From positions 34,276-98,275 of the forward strand of contig JAYZYL010000006.1 in the NCBI GenBank assembly GCA_036140295.1: 64,000 bases of DNA. Reading direction: 5' to 3'. Source of the DNA: Pseudomonadota bacterium (GTDB taxonomy: Bacteria; Pseudomonadota; Gammaproteobacteria; GCA-002705445; GCA-002716945). How positions within the stretch are numbered: position 1 is the stretch's first letter; each line of letters begins with the position of its first letter. Of the stretch, positions 46,069-55,829 are shown one piece after another. A program made the position numbers and the translations under genes. The notes below the pieces were generated by a model. The model did no database searches and was not told the DNA's origin. It worked only from the letters and a program-made list of their open reading frames with translations.

Positions 46069-48543
46069 ATGATTAATAAGGTTTCATATATCTATTCTAA
46101 CTGGGTGCTGAAAAAACCAAAGCTAATATTGTTTATCTTGCTGATATTTCTTGTATTATTTTCAATCTCAATACCAAATTTTAAATTAGATGCTTCCGCA
46201 GACTCATTGATACTTGAGAATGATAAAGATTTAAAGACTTATAGAGAGACTTTACAAAGATATCAAACTAAAGATTTTTTAGTTATGACCTTTACTCCAA
46301 TTAAAGGCGATGTTTTTGATTTGACAAATCTTAATATATTAAAAAATCTAAAAAATCAATTATTGGAAATTGAAGGAGTGGATTCTGTAACTACCCTTGT
46401 TGATGTTCCTCTTGTTAAAAGCTCAAGTCTTTCTTTTACTGAAATGATTAGTGATGTTCCAACTATTTTTTCTCAAAGTGTAGATAGGAAAAAAGCAAAG
46501 TTAGAAATGCTTAATAGTCCAATTTATAAAAACTTAATTATAAGTGAAGATGCAAAAACTTCAGCTCTACAAATCAACATAAAGACTAATCCCAGACTAA
46601 ATGAATTAATTAGAGAAAGAGCAAAATTATCAGAGAAGGAAGAGCTTAAAACGATAACCTTGGATGAACAAAAAATACTTTTAAAAATACGCCAAGAATA
46701 TGAACTCGTTAAAGAAAGAAATGATGCACTTATCCATCAATTACTCAATCATGTTAGAGATGTCAAGAAATCTTATGAAACTGGTTATGGGTTAGAACTA
46801 AGGCTTGGTGGAGTCCCAATGATTGCTGATGATATGATTTCTTATGTTAAGAGTGATTTGGCTAATTTTGGTTTTGGAGTATTTGTTTTTATTGTTATCA
46901 CATTAAAACTAATATTTAAAAGAATTAGATGGATCATATTGCCATTACTAAGTTGCATATATGCAGTATCGATCATGATTGGTTTGCTAGGTTTTTTTGG
47001 CTGGAAAGTCACAGTGATATCATCAAATTTTATTTCTTTGATGTTGATATTAACTCTTTCAATGAATATTCATCTCATAGTTAGGTATAGACAACTTTGC
47101 GCCCAATCTGATAATGCACAACTAGACATAGTTGATGAAATGGCTGCTAAAATGGTAAGGCCGTGTCTCTATACTGCTCTCACAACAATAGTTGCATTTG
47201 CCTCATTAGTTTTTAGTGATATAAAGCCTGTAATAGATTTTGGATATATGATGGTTTTAGGTTTATCTGTTACTTTTATAACTTCCTTTTTATTATTACC
47301 TTCAATACTTTGTCTATTGAATAAAGAAACAAATTATGTGGCAGAAAATAAAAATAGATTTAGATTTACTCAAATTCTTGCTGATTTTACTGTAAATAAA
47401 GGCAGATATATTTTGATAACAACATTTCTGGTCAGCATTCTGACACTATTTGGAGTAACACAATTAAAAGTAGAAAATAGTTTTATTAATTATTTTAAAT
47501 CAGATACTGAAATTTATAAGGGAATGAAACAAATAGATGATAAACTTGGCGGGACTACACCATTAGATGTAGTCTTAAAATTTGAGGATCCAAAGGAAAC
47601 AGAAAATAAAGTTATTGATGACTTTGGAGATGATCTGTTGGATGATTCAGGTGATCAGGATCCTAGCTCAAATTGGTTTACAACAGATAAAATAAATAAA
47701 ATAAAACAGGTTCATGACTATCTGGATAATCTACCAGAAGTTGGGAAAGTATTGTCTTTAGCTTCTACAGTACGTGTTGCGGAAGAGTTAAATGATAACA
47801 AAGAGCTTGATAGTCTTGAAATGGCATTACTTTACAAACGTGCTCCCGAGTCTGTTAAAAATGTTGCGGTAAATCCATACATATCTATTGATGATAATGA
47901 AGCTCGGATTAGTCTCAGGGTACTAGATTCAAAAGAAGATCTTAGAAGAAAAGAATTAATTGAGAAAATTGATAGAGATTTAGAAAATGATTTAGGTTTA
48001 CCAAGAGAAAGTTTTGTCATAACAGGTATCCTTGTCTTATATAACAATATGCTACAAAGTCTTTTTGATTCTCAGATACTGTCTCTTGGTTTTGTGATGT
48101 TAGGAATTGGAATTATGTTTATGATCTTATTTAGGTCATGGATTCTATCTTTAATTGGAATTATTCCTAATTTATTAGCTGCTATATTTGTTCTAGGATT
48201 AATGGGTCTAATAAATCTACCACTTGATATGATGACCATCACAATAGCAGCAATTACAATTGGAATTGCTGTTGACAATAGTATCCATTATATTTATAGG
48301 TTTCGTGAAGAGTTTGAAAAGTTAAAAGACTATAAAAAAACAATTTATGTTTGTCATGATAGTATTGGTAGAGCAATTTTCTTTACAGGTATAACAATTA
48401 TCTTTGGTTTTTCAATATTGGTTCTATCAAATTTTATTCCAACAATTATCTTTGGTTTGTTAACAGGTTTTGCAATGTTTGTTGCTTTGATAGCTGTATT
48501 AACTCTATTACCAAAACTAATAATATCTTTTAAGCCTTTTTGA
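46069..48543 (+). CDS. RND-superfamily exporter, MMPL/HpnN-like (12 TM helices, two large periplasmic loops)
   Basis: 824 aa with topology TM1, a loop of about 220 aa, TM2-6, TM7, a loop of about 200 aa, then TM8-12. Conserved GIAVDNSIHYIYRFREE and GLSVT segments are typical of MMPL/HpnN/SecDF-type RND proteins. ATG start verified. Confidence 0.85.
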   Translation: MINKVSYIYSNWVLKKPKLILFILLIFLVLFSISIPNFKLDASADSLILENDKDLKTYRETLQRYQTKDFLVMTFTPIKGDVFDLTNLNILKNLKNQLLEIEGVDSVTTLVDVPLVKSSSLSFTEMISDVPTIFSQSVDRKKAKLEMLNSPIYKNLIISEDAKTSALQINIKTNPRLNELIRERAKLSEKEELKTITLDEQKILLKIRQEYELVKERNDALIHQLLNHVRDVKKSYETGYGLELRLGGVPMIADDMISYVKSDLANFGFGVFVFIVITLKLIFKRIRWIILPLLSCIYAVSIMIGLLGFFGWKVTVISSNFISLMLILTLSMNIHLIVRYRQLCAQSDNAQLDIVDEMAAKMVRPCLYTALTTIVAFASLVFSDIKPVIDFGYMMVLGLSVTFITSFLLLPSILCLLNKETNYVAENKNRFRFTQILADFTVNKGRYILITTFLVSILTLFGVTQLKVENSFINYFKSDTEIYKGMKQIDDKLGGTTPLDVVLKFEDPKETENKVIDDFGDDLLDDSGDQDPSSNWFTTDKINKIKQVHDYLDNLPEVGKVLSLASTVRVAEELNDNKELDSLEMALLYKRAPESVKNVAVNPYISIDDNEARISLRVLDSKEDLRRKELIEKIDRDLENDLGLPRESFVITGILVLYNNMLQSLFDSQILSLGFVMLGIGIMFMILFRSWILSLIGIIPNLLAAIFVLGLMGLINLPLDMMTITIAAITIGIAVDNSIHYIYRFREEFEKLKDYKKTIYVCHDSIGRAIFFTGITIIFGFSILVLSNFIPTIIFGLLTGFAMFVALIAVLTLLPKLIISFKPF

Positions 48544-48549
48544 TAATCT

Positions 48550-49146
48550 TTAGCTTTTTTCTCTCAATGCAGCAATTAAAGAGTCAAGTCCCTCTTTTTT
48601 AATATGCTCTTGAAAATCAGCACGGTAATTTCTGAGTAAACTTACTCCGTCAAAAATAATATCAAACACTTTCCATTCATTTTTTGAGTCTAATTTGAGT
48701 CTATAATCAACAGGCATGCTGTCACCTCCTGACATAGCATAAACAGATTTGACTTTTGCAACATTTGGTCTTTTCCCAGATATATATGGTAAGAATTCTA
48801 TTTTGTCACCATCATACTCTAATAAAGATCTCATATAAGTTTTAATTAACAGATCTTTAAAAGTATCTTGAAATTCTTCTTTTTTCTTGTTTGTTGCTGC
48901 TTGCCAATTTCTTTTTCCTAAGACAATTTTAGACATAAGATTTATATCAAATTTAGGCATGATTAGTTCATTAACTTTCTCTTTTAGGTATGCCTCATCG
49001 TTCTCTAGCATGGCTCTATTTTTTTCAATAAATATTGTTACCTCATCTACTGTCCTTTTTAGAAAGGCATTTGGGCTCTCGGCTGCTTGGGCCGTGACCG
49101 AAAAGGCGATAAAGAAAATTACTATGTACTTATAAATTTTTCCCAT
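48550..49146 (-). CDS. mlaC: Periplasmic phospholipid-binding protein MlaC (Ttg2D family)
   Basis: 198 aa with a signal peptide (AQA/AE cleavage site) and MlaC/Ttg2D-family motifs (LIMPKFD, KTYMRSLLEY, WKVFDIIFDGVSLLRNYRADF). Confidence 0.85.
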   Translation of the reverse strand: MGKIYKYIVIFFIAFSVTAQAAESPNAFLKRTVDEVTIFIEKNRAMLENDEAYLKEKVNELIMPKFDINLMSKIVLGKRNWQAATNKKKEEFQDTFKDLLIKTYMRSLLEYDGDKIEFLPYISGKRPNVAKVKSVYAMSGGDSMPVDYRLKLDSKNEWKVFDIIFDGVSLLRNYRADFQEHIKKEGLDSLIAALREKS

Positions 49147-49212
49147 TCAATGTTATAATATATAATAGAAAGATTGGAAACAATGGCATTTTATAAGAAT
49201 TTGTAGATCCCT

Positions 49213-49971
49213 ATGACTATTTATAATCTAGAAATCAAGATTTTTAAAAGACCAGCCTTATTTCTTATATTGCTCATTTTTTTTTCTTCTAGTTGTACCA
49301 CAACACATGGTGCCGACCATGATCCATTTGAGCCAATGAACCGAGCAATTTTTGGATTTAATGAAGTTGTTGATGAAACTATTTTGAAACCTATTGCCGA
49401 GACGTATAAAGATATAACACCTGACCCTGTAGAAGATGGAATTTCAAACTTCTTTAGTAACTTAGGAGAGATAAATACAATAATAAATGATGTTCTTCAA
49501 TTAAAATTTGGTCAAGCTGCCCATGATCTTGGTAGATTTGCTATTAATTCAACACTTGGTATTTTTGGGATTTTTGATCCTGCCACAGTTATTGGGTTGA
49601 AAAAAAATAAAGAAGATTTTGGTCAAACACTTGGATACTGGGGTATTAGTCCTGGCCCTTATATTGTTTTGCCATTTTTTGGTCCGAGTACATTAAGGGA
49701 TGCTCCAGGATTATATGTTGATACAGAAACAAATCAATCTACTTCGCCTACTCATACAAGTCTTCATCATGAAGAAAGACAGACAGCGCAAGTTGTAGAA
49801 GTAATTGATGCGAGAGCCAGGCTGTTGCGAGCAACAAAAATTCTTGATGCCGCTGCTAAAGATCCATATGTTTTTATTAGAGAATCCTATCTTCAAAAGA
49901 GGAAAAATTTGGTGACGGATGGGAAGAATACAGAAGATTTTGAAATTGATGTTCTTGGAATAGACTATTAA
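49213..49971 (+). CDS. mlaA: Outer-membrane lipoprotein MlaA (VacJ)
   Basis: Lipobox FSSSC followed by MlaA/VacJ family signatures (PFEPMNRAIFGFN, FGQTLGYWGI, VLPFFGPST). Confidence 0.88.
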   Translation: MTIYNLEIKIFKRPALFLILLIFFSSSCTTTHGADHDPFEPMNRAIFGFNEVVDETILKPIAETYKDITPDPVEDGISNFFSNLGEINTIINDVLQLKFGQAAHDLGRFAINSTLGIFGIFDPATVIGLKKNKEDFGQTLGYWGISPGPYIVLPFFGPSTLRDAPGLYVDTETNQSTSPTHTSLHHEERQTAQVVEVIDARARLLRATKILDAAAKDPYVFIRESYLQKRKNLVTDGKNTEDFEIDVLGIDY

Positions 49972-49998
49972 AATTCCAAATAAATTTTTTAAAGATTA

Positions 49999-51009
49999 AT
50001 GTTAGAGAATCCTTTTGTTCAATTTGTATTAGGTCTTATTCTTTTGTGGTATGGTGCACATTTAGTAGTGCTTGCTACAGAAAACTTTACTAAAAAATTT
50101 AATTTTTCTCCATTTGTTGCCAGTTTTGTTTTAATTGGGTTTGCCACGTCATCTCCGGAAATTTTCATTTCTATCATTTCATCTTTTGAAAAAAATTCAG
50201 CAATTGCAGTTGGTAATGCAATTGGTTCTAATATTGCTAATGTTTTACTTGTACTTGCAATATGTTTCTTATTCTTACCTCAAGATATTAGAATGATTGA
50301 CCCAGAATCACAAAGTTTATTTGGATATAGTAACAAGAGGTCAATTCAAATATTCTTTTTTGCATTAATATTTCTAACAGTAATTTCATTTTCTATGTTG
50401 TTAGATCATAAACTCTATAAAGATGAGTCCATAATAATTATTGTTGTTTTTCTTATTATGATGGGAATTATGATTTTTCAATTTGCCAAAACAACATCAT
50501 CTATGTTAATTGATTTACCAACAGAAGAAATAAAAACAGAAGAACAGTCACAATCATCTTCAAATAAGATTTTTGTTCAATTATTATTTGGCCTAGGTGT
50601 CATTATAGTTGGAACTGAATTCTTACTTAGTGGCGCAATCTCTATCGCTAAATCTATAGGAGTTACAACATACATAATTGGTCTCTCCATGACAGCAATA
50701 GGTACCAGTTTACCTGAGCTTGCAACAGGATTAGAAAGTGTGCGTAAAAAGAATTATGGATTTGTTGCCGGAAATATCTTAGGGTCAAATATATTTAATA
50801 TAGGAATTGTCCTAGGATTAGCTGGCCTCATACACCCAGCCACACTAGAAGGTAGTTATTTGTGGCTAAATATTGCAATGATCATACTATCTACCATTAT
50901 TATGTATATGTTTTTTACACGTAATAGAGACAAAATAATGTATTCTATTGCTTTGGGAGCAATATTTTTTTATATATACTACCAAACATGGTTATACGGG
51001 GTTAATTAA
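49999..51009 (+). CDS. yrbG: Sodium/calcium exchanger family protein (CaCA; YrbG-like)
   Basis: 336 aa with two alpha-repeat halves (GATSSPE and GTSLPELATG). Lies immediately upstream of kdsD, as E. coli yrbG does. Confidence 0.85.
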   Translation: MLENPFVQFVLGLILLWYGAHLVVLATENFTKKFNFSPFVASFVLIGFATSSPEIFISIISSFEKNSAIAVGNAIGSNIANVLLVLAICFLFLPQDIRMIDPESQSLFGYSNKRSIQIFFFALIFLTVISFSMLLDHKLYKDESIIIIVVFLIMMGIMIFQFAKTTSSMLIDLPTEEIKTEEQSQSSSNKIFVQLLFGLGVIIVGTEFLLSGAISIAKSIGVTTYIIGLSMTAIGTSLPELATGLESVRKKNYGFVAGNILGSNIFNIGIVLGLAGLIHPATLEGSYLWLNIAMIILSTIIMYMFFTRNRDKIMYSIALGAIFFYIYYQTWLYGVN

Positions 51010-51974
51010 TGAAAAAAATTAACAAGCGCCAAATTGCTGGAAAAGTAATAAGGTCTGAAATTGCATCATTAAATTTAATTTTAAAAAATATTAATAAAGA
51101 TTTTGATAAAGCCTGTGAAACTATTCTTTCTTGTAAAGGAAAAGTTATAACGATTGGCATTGGAAAATCTGGTTATATAGCAGCTAAATCAGCGGCTACT
51201 TTTTCAAGCACCGGAACCCCGTCATTATTCCTTCATGCGGCAGAAGCGTTGCATGGTGATATGGGAGTAATCACAAAAGAAGATGTCGTGATATTTTTTT
51301 CTAACTCAGGAGAAACTCATGAATTATTACTAATTCTTCCTCTCATTAAGGTTCTAAAAATTCCTATTATCTCAATTACTGGAGCAAAAAAATCTTCTTT
51401 ATCTAAAGCATCACACATAGTATTGGATTCAGGTGTAAAATTTGAAGCATGCCCATTAAACTTAACTCCAACATCTAGCATTCTTACTGCTCTAAGTCTT
51501 GCTGACGCTCTTGCAATAACTTTATTGGAGAGTAGAGGTTTTACATCAAAAGATTTTGCAAAATCACACCCTCAAGGTGAGTTGGGTAAGAGATTACTGA
51601 AAAAAGTTGAAAATTTAATGTATACAAAAAATTTACCAATTTTAAAAGTAAATATTCCGCTTAAAAAAGCAATGTCTATAATGACAAAATTCAATCTTGG
51701 TATTGTTGTTATGGCTGACAAAAACAAAAGAGTTTTAGGTATATTTACTGATGGTGATTTACGCAGAACCTTAGAAAAAAGGCCTGATATATCTGAATTA
51801 ATGATTCATGATGTTATGACAAAAAAACCAATTCTAATACCTGAAAATATGTTAGCTGCTGAAGCATTGAGTTTAATGGAAGAGAAAGAAATTACATCTT
51901 TGTTAGTGGCGGATGAAAGAAAGAGATTGTTAGGAATTCTTACCTTAAATGAATTAATAAAATCTGGAATTTAA
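51009..51974 (+). CDS. kdsD: Arabinose-5-phosphate isomerase
   Basis: SIS domain (GIGKSGYIA) plus a C-terminal CBS pair. Sits in the kdsD-kdsC-lptC order. Confidence 0.92.
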   Translation: MKKINKRQIAGKVIRSEIASLNLILKNINKDFDKACETILSCKGKVITIGIGKSGYIAAKSAATFSSTGTPSLFLHAAEALHGDMGVITKEDVVIFFSNSGETHELLLILPLIKVLKIPIISITGAKKSSLSKASHIVLDSGVKFEACPLNLTPTSSILTALSLADALAITLLESRGFTSKDFAKSHPQGELGKRLLKKVENLMYTKNLPILKVNIPLKKAMSIMTKFNLGIVVMADKNKRVLGIFTDGDLRRTLEKRPDISELMIHDVMTKKPILIPENMLAAEALSLMEEKEITSLLVADERKRLLGILTLNELIKSGI

Positions 51975-52516
51975 TGATGCAAACTTATTTACCTGAAAAT
52001 TATACAAAAATTATGGATAACATTAATGATGAAGTTCTAAAAAAGGCATCTTTTATTGATTTATTAATTTTTGATGTGGATGGTGTTTTAACAGATGGCG
52101 GAATATATGTCTCGGAAAATAGTGAAGAGTCAAAGAGATTTTTTGCACAGGACGGACATGGCATCCAAATAATGAAAAGTATTGATGTAGAAATTGCATT
52201 CTTAAGTGGTCGTTATTCAAAAGCTGTTTCATATAGAGCAAAAGAATTGGGAATAAAATTTATCATACAAGACTCGAAAGATAAGCTTTCTGACTTTAAA
52301 TTAAACTTTTTAGATAAATATAAGTTTAAAAATGTTTGTTTTGTTGGAGATGATATTGTAGATATTGAACTTATGAAAAATGTAGGATTATCAATCACTG
52401 TGCCAGGCGCTAACTATAATCATGTAAAAAAATATGCTGACTGGGTTACGCCAAGATCTGGCGGATATGGAGCTGCAAGAGATGTGTGCGACTTAATTTA
52501 TTACGCTAAAAAATAA
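51974..52516 (+). CDS. kdsC: 3-deoxy-D-manno-octulosonate-8-phosphate phosphatase
   Basis: HAD motif LIFDVDGVLTDG. 180 aa. Confidence 0.9.
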   Translation: MMQTYLPENYTKIMDNINDEVLKKASFIDLLIFDVDGVLTDGGIYVSENSEESKRFFAQDGHGIQIMKSIDVEIAFLSGRYSKAVSYRAKELGIKFIIQDSKDKLSDFKLNFLDKYKFKNVCFVGDDIVDIELMKNVGLSITVPGANYNHVKKYADWVTPRSGGYGAARDVCDLIYYAKK

Positions 52517-52517
52517 A

Positions 52518-53261
52518 ATGAATTTAGATCAATATATAAATAAATTTAAATTATCTAAGAAAAGAACTCTAACTATTTTAGCTATATTTTTAGTTCTAAT
52601 TTGGCTAGAACATACAATAAGTAGCGCAGTTAACTATAACAAAATTGATGAATCTGACACTAAAACAAACCATTTTATGAATCAGTTTGTTATAGAACAA
52701 ACAGATGCAAATGGTAAAATCAAATGGATTTTAAATGGGGATAGGCTTGAAAAATTTCCAAATAGTGTCAGGTCTGAAGTATCTAATCCAAATATGCACG
52801 TTAAATCAGATGAAGGATCTTCTTGGACCGTTACTGCAACACATGCGCTTGATCCGGATTCAGAATTTAATAGTATTTATTTGACCAATAATGTGAAGTT
52901 TGCGAAAAAAGGCTTAACTAAAGAAGATGAGGTTATTATTACTACAACAAGAGCTATTGTTTATCCGGAAGAAGAAAAAGTAGAAACAGATGCATTTGCA
53001 ATAATTATAACTCCAAATTCAAAAACTACAGGGGATGGGGTAATAGCTAATATAAAAGAAGGGTATGTAAAAATTTTAGCAAATGCTAAAAGAGTAGCGG
53101 TTACCGATATGCGTTCTGAGAATCTACAAGGAGAACAGTTACTTTATGATTTAAATAAAAAAACATGGATGGTTATCATGAAAAAAAGTAAAAATGAAAA
53201 TGAGCAAGTAAAAGAGAGAGTCAAAACAATACTTAAAACTAAAAAAAAGGTTAACAATTAA
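52518..53261 (+). CDS. lptC: LPS export system inner-membrane anchor protein LptC (extended, 247 aa)
   Basis: N-terminal TM anchor followed by an OstA-like beta-jellyroll region that aligns with E. coli LptC, plus a Lys-rich C-terminal tail. Position between kdsC and lptB. Confidence 0.7.
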   Translation: MNLDQYINKFKLSKKRTLTILAIFLVLIWLEHTISSAVNYNKIDESDTKTNHFMNQFVIEQTDANGKIKWILNGDRLEKFPNSVRSEVSNPNMHVKSDEGSSWTVTATHALDPDSEFNSIYLTNNVKFAKKGLTKEDEVIITTTRAIVYPEEEKVETDAFAIIITPNSKTTGDGVIANIKEGYVKILANAKRVAVTDMRSENLQGEQLLYDLNKKTWMVIMKKSKNENEQVKERVKTILKTKKKVNN

Positions 53262-53262
53262 A

Positions 53263-53988
53263 ATGATGAAGCTTAATTGTACAAACCTTCATAAAAACTA
53301 TGGTGATAAAACTGTTGTAAAGGGAGTGAGTCTTCAGGTTGAGATGGGAGAGGTAATTGGTTTGCTGGGACCCAATGGTGCTGGAAAAACAACTACTTTT
53401 TTTATGTTAGTTGGATTAATAAAATGTGACTCAGGTGATATTCATATTGATGACAATAAGATTACAGGCCTTCCTATGCATACCAGATCGATGAAAGGCA
53501 TAGGATATCTTCCTCAAGAAGCTTCAATTTTCAGAAATCTTTCTGCTAAAGATAATATTAATGCAATCCTTGAGACTAGAAAAGATTTAACAGATAAACA
53601 AAAATTAGAAAAATTTGACTATTTAATTGAAAAACTTAATATAACAAATGTTCTTGATACACTTGGATCAAGCCTTTCAGGTGGCGAAAGAAGAAGAGTC
53701 GAAATTGCAAGAGCTTTGACGATGGACCCAAAGTTTTTATTACTTGATGAACCGTTTGCAGGTATTGACCCTTTATCAGTCCTAGAAATTCAAAAAATTA
53801 TTAAATCATTGGTTGCTTCAAAAATAGGTATTCTTATAACTGATCATAATGTCCGTGAAACATTGGGGGTATGCAACAAAGCATACATTATTAATAATGG
53901 TGAAGTTGTTGCAGATGGCCCACCTTCTTCAATTATTAAAAATAAATTAGCAAAAAAAGTTTATTTAGGTGAAAACTTTAAAATATGA
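53263..53988 (+). CDS. lptB: LPS export ABC transporter ATP-binding protein
   Basis: Walker A GPNGAGKTT, signature LSGGERRRVEIARAL, Walker B LLLDEP. Confidence 0.93.
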   Translation: MMKLNCTNLHKNYGDKTVVKGVSLQVEMGEVIGLLGPNGAGKTTTFFMLVGLIKCDSGDIHIDDNKITGLPMHTRSMKGIGYLPQEASIFRNLSAKDNINAILETRKDLTDKQKLEKFDYLIEKLNITNVLDTLGSSLSGGERRRVEIARALTMDPKFLLLDEPFAGIDPLSVLEIQKIIKSLVASKIGILITDHNVRETLGVCNKAYIINNGEVVADGPPSSIIKNKLAKKVYLGENFKI

Positions 53989-55370
53989 AAATGAAGAATA
54001 AACAATCATTGTCGCTGACTAATAAATTAGCCATGACAACCCAAATTCAATTTGCAATTAAACTACTGCAATTAAATTCATTCGAATTACAAAAAGAAAT
54101 TGATGATAAAATTTTGACAAATCCTTTTCTAGAAAATGAGAGCTCGAGTAGTCAAACTGAGGTAGTTTCAGAAATACCTATGCATTATGGTAATTTTCAT
54201 TCTGAAAAAAAAGAGGCTAGTCAAGATCAATCATATATAGAACTGGCTCCGAATAGGGAAAACCTTCACGATTATCTTCTCTGGCAGCTAAGAATGTCAT
54301 CTATGAGTGATGACGACCAATTTATTGCTTATAATATTATTGACTATATAAATGATGATGGTTACTTAACAGAAGATGTTGAGGATCTTTTTGTTACATT
54401 GAAAAGGAATTTAGAAATAACATTCCAAGAAATTTTTGCAGTATTGCATAAAATTCAGACTTTCGATCCAATAGGCGTTGGAGCAACAAATGTTAGTGAA
54501 TCTTTGAACATTCAATTAGACTACTATCATAAAAAAAATACTCATTACCAATTAGCAAAAAAAATTATAAATAATCTAGAATCTAATCTTAAAAAAGATT
54601 TATCTAATTTAACTTCTCTTCTTGGCAATCTAAGAAATGAAAACAATGAATATAAAAATGGTATAGAACTAATTAAATCACTTAATCCAAAACCTGGTTC
54701 AATTATTTCAAAAGCAATTGATGAATACCATATAATTCCAGATATAATAGTCTCTAAAAAAGATAATAAATGGGTGACTGAACTTAATCCTTTGTTAAAT
54801 ACAAAAATAAATATTAATAAAAATTATAAAAAATTAACTAAGCAAGTTACAAATAAAAGTGATCTAAAATATCTTAAAGAAAACCTTCAAGATGCTCGTT
54901 TCTTTTTAAAGGCATTAAAAAATAGAAATGAAACAATGTTGAAAGTAGCTAAAACAATATTTAAAAAACAAGTAAAATTTTTAGAACAAGGTGAAATTGG
55001 AATCAAACCCTTGACGCTAAAAAAAATATCTGAATTGATAGAAATGCATGAATCAACTATTTCAAGATGTACCAATAACAAGTTTGTTCAAACGCCTAGA
55101 GGTGTTTTTGAATTAAAATACTTTTTTTCATCAGAATTAAATACAAATCTAGGTGAAATGATATCTTCTAAAGCTATAAAATCAATGTTAGAAAAAATAG
55201 TGCGCAATGAGGATAAAGAATTTCCTTTGAGTGATCAACAGATTGCTGAAAGTTTTAATGGAAATGGTATTAGGGTTGCTCGAAGAACAATTACAAAATA
55301 TAGAGAAATGTTATCAATTCCAACATCTAATATAAGAAAAAAGGAGTCAAAGGGAAATGAATTTAGTTAA
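53985..55370 (+). CDS. rpoN: RNA polymerase sigma-54 factor
   Basis: 461 aa with a Gln/Leu-rich N-terminus, HTH and the RpoN box ARRTITKYRE. Confidence 0.95.
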   Translation: MKMKNKQSLSLTNKLAMTTQIQFAIKLLQLNSFELQKEIDDKILTNPFLENESSSSQTEVVSEIPMHYGNFHSEKKEASQDQSYIELAPNRENLHDYLLWQLRMSSMSDDDQFIAYNIIDYINDDGYLTEDVEDLFVTLKRNLEITFQEIFAVLHKIQTFDPIGVGATNVSESLNIQLDYYHKKNTHYQLAKKIINNLESNLKKDLSNLTSLLGNLRNENNEYKNGIELIKSLNPKPGSIISKAIDEYHIIPDIIVSKKDNKWVTELNPLLNTKININKNYKKLTKQVTNKSDLKYLKENLQDARFFLKALKNRNETMLKVAKTIFKKQVKFLEQGEIGIKPLTLKKISELIEMHESTISRCTNNKFVQTPRGVFELKYFFSSELNTNLGEMISSKAIKSMLEKIVRNEDKEFPLSDQQIAESFNGNGIRVARRTITKYREMLSIPTSNIRKKESKGNEFS

Positions 55371-55803
55371 AGCTACCACTGAAGATTTCATATTACTAAA
55401 TCAAAAATTAAGTAGTAAGAAAAATGCTTTAGAGTTTATTAGTACATATTTAAGTCAGAAAATAGGTATTGAGAAAGATATGATTTTTCAAAACCTATAT
55501 GCAAGAGAAAAATTAGGTACTACTGCGCTAGGTAATGGGGTTGCCCTACCTCATGCAAAAATTGATTCTTTAGAAAATATTCAAACTCTTCTAATTCAGC
55601 TTGCATCAGGTATTGATTTTGATGCTGTTGATAAACAACAGGTTGATGTTATTTTTGTTCTTCTTGTTCCAAATGTTAATTCTGATGTACATGTTAAGGC
55701 TTTAGCTGACATTGCCTCTATACTAGATAATGCAGACATAATGAAAAAAGTCCGAAAAGCAAATTCTCCTGCCGAAATAATAGGATCTCTAAATAGCCTC
55801 TAG
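55357..55803 (+). CDS. ptsN: Nitrogen-related PTS EIIA (EIIA-Ntr)
   Basis: 148-aa PTS EIIA type-2 fold with phosphorylatable His in GNGVALPHAK. Overlaps the rpoN end by 14 nt. Confidence 0.9.
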   Translation: MNLVKATTEDFILLNQKLSSKKNALEFISTYLSQKIGIEKDMIFQNLYAREKLGTTALGNGVALPHAKIDSLENIQTLLIQLASGIDFDAVDKQQVDVIFVLLVPNVNSDVHVKALADIASILDNADIMKKVRKANSPAEIIGSLNSL

Positions 55804-55829
55804 AATTATATATCGTTCTTAATAAACTA

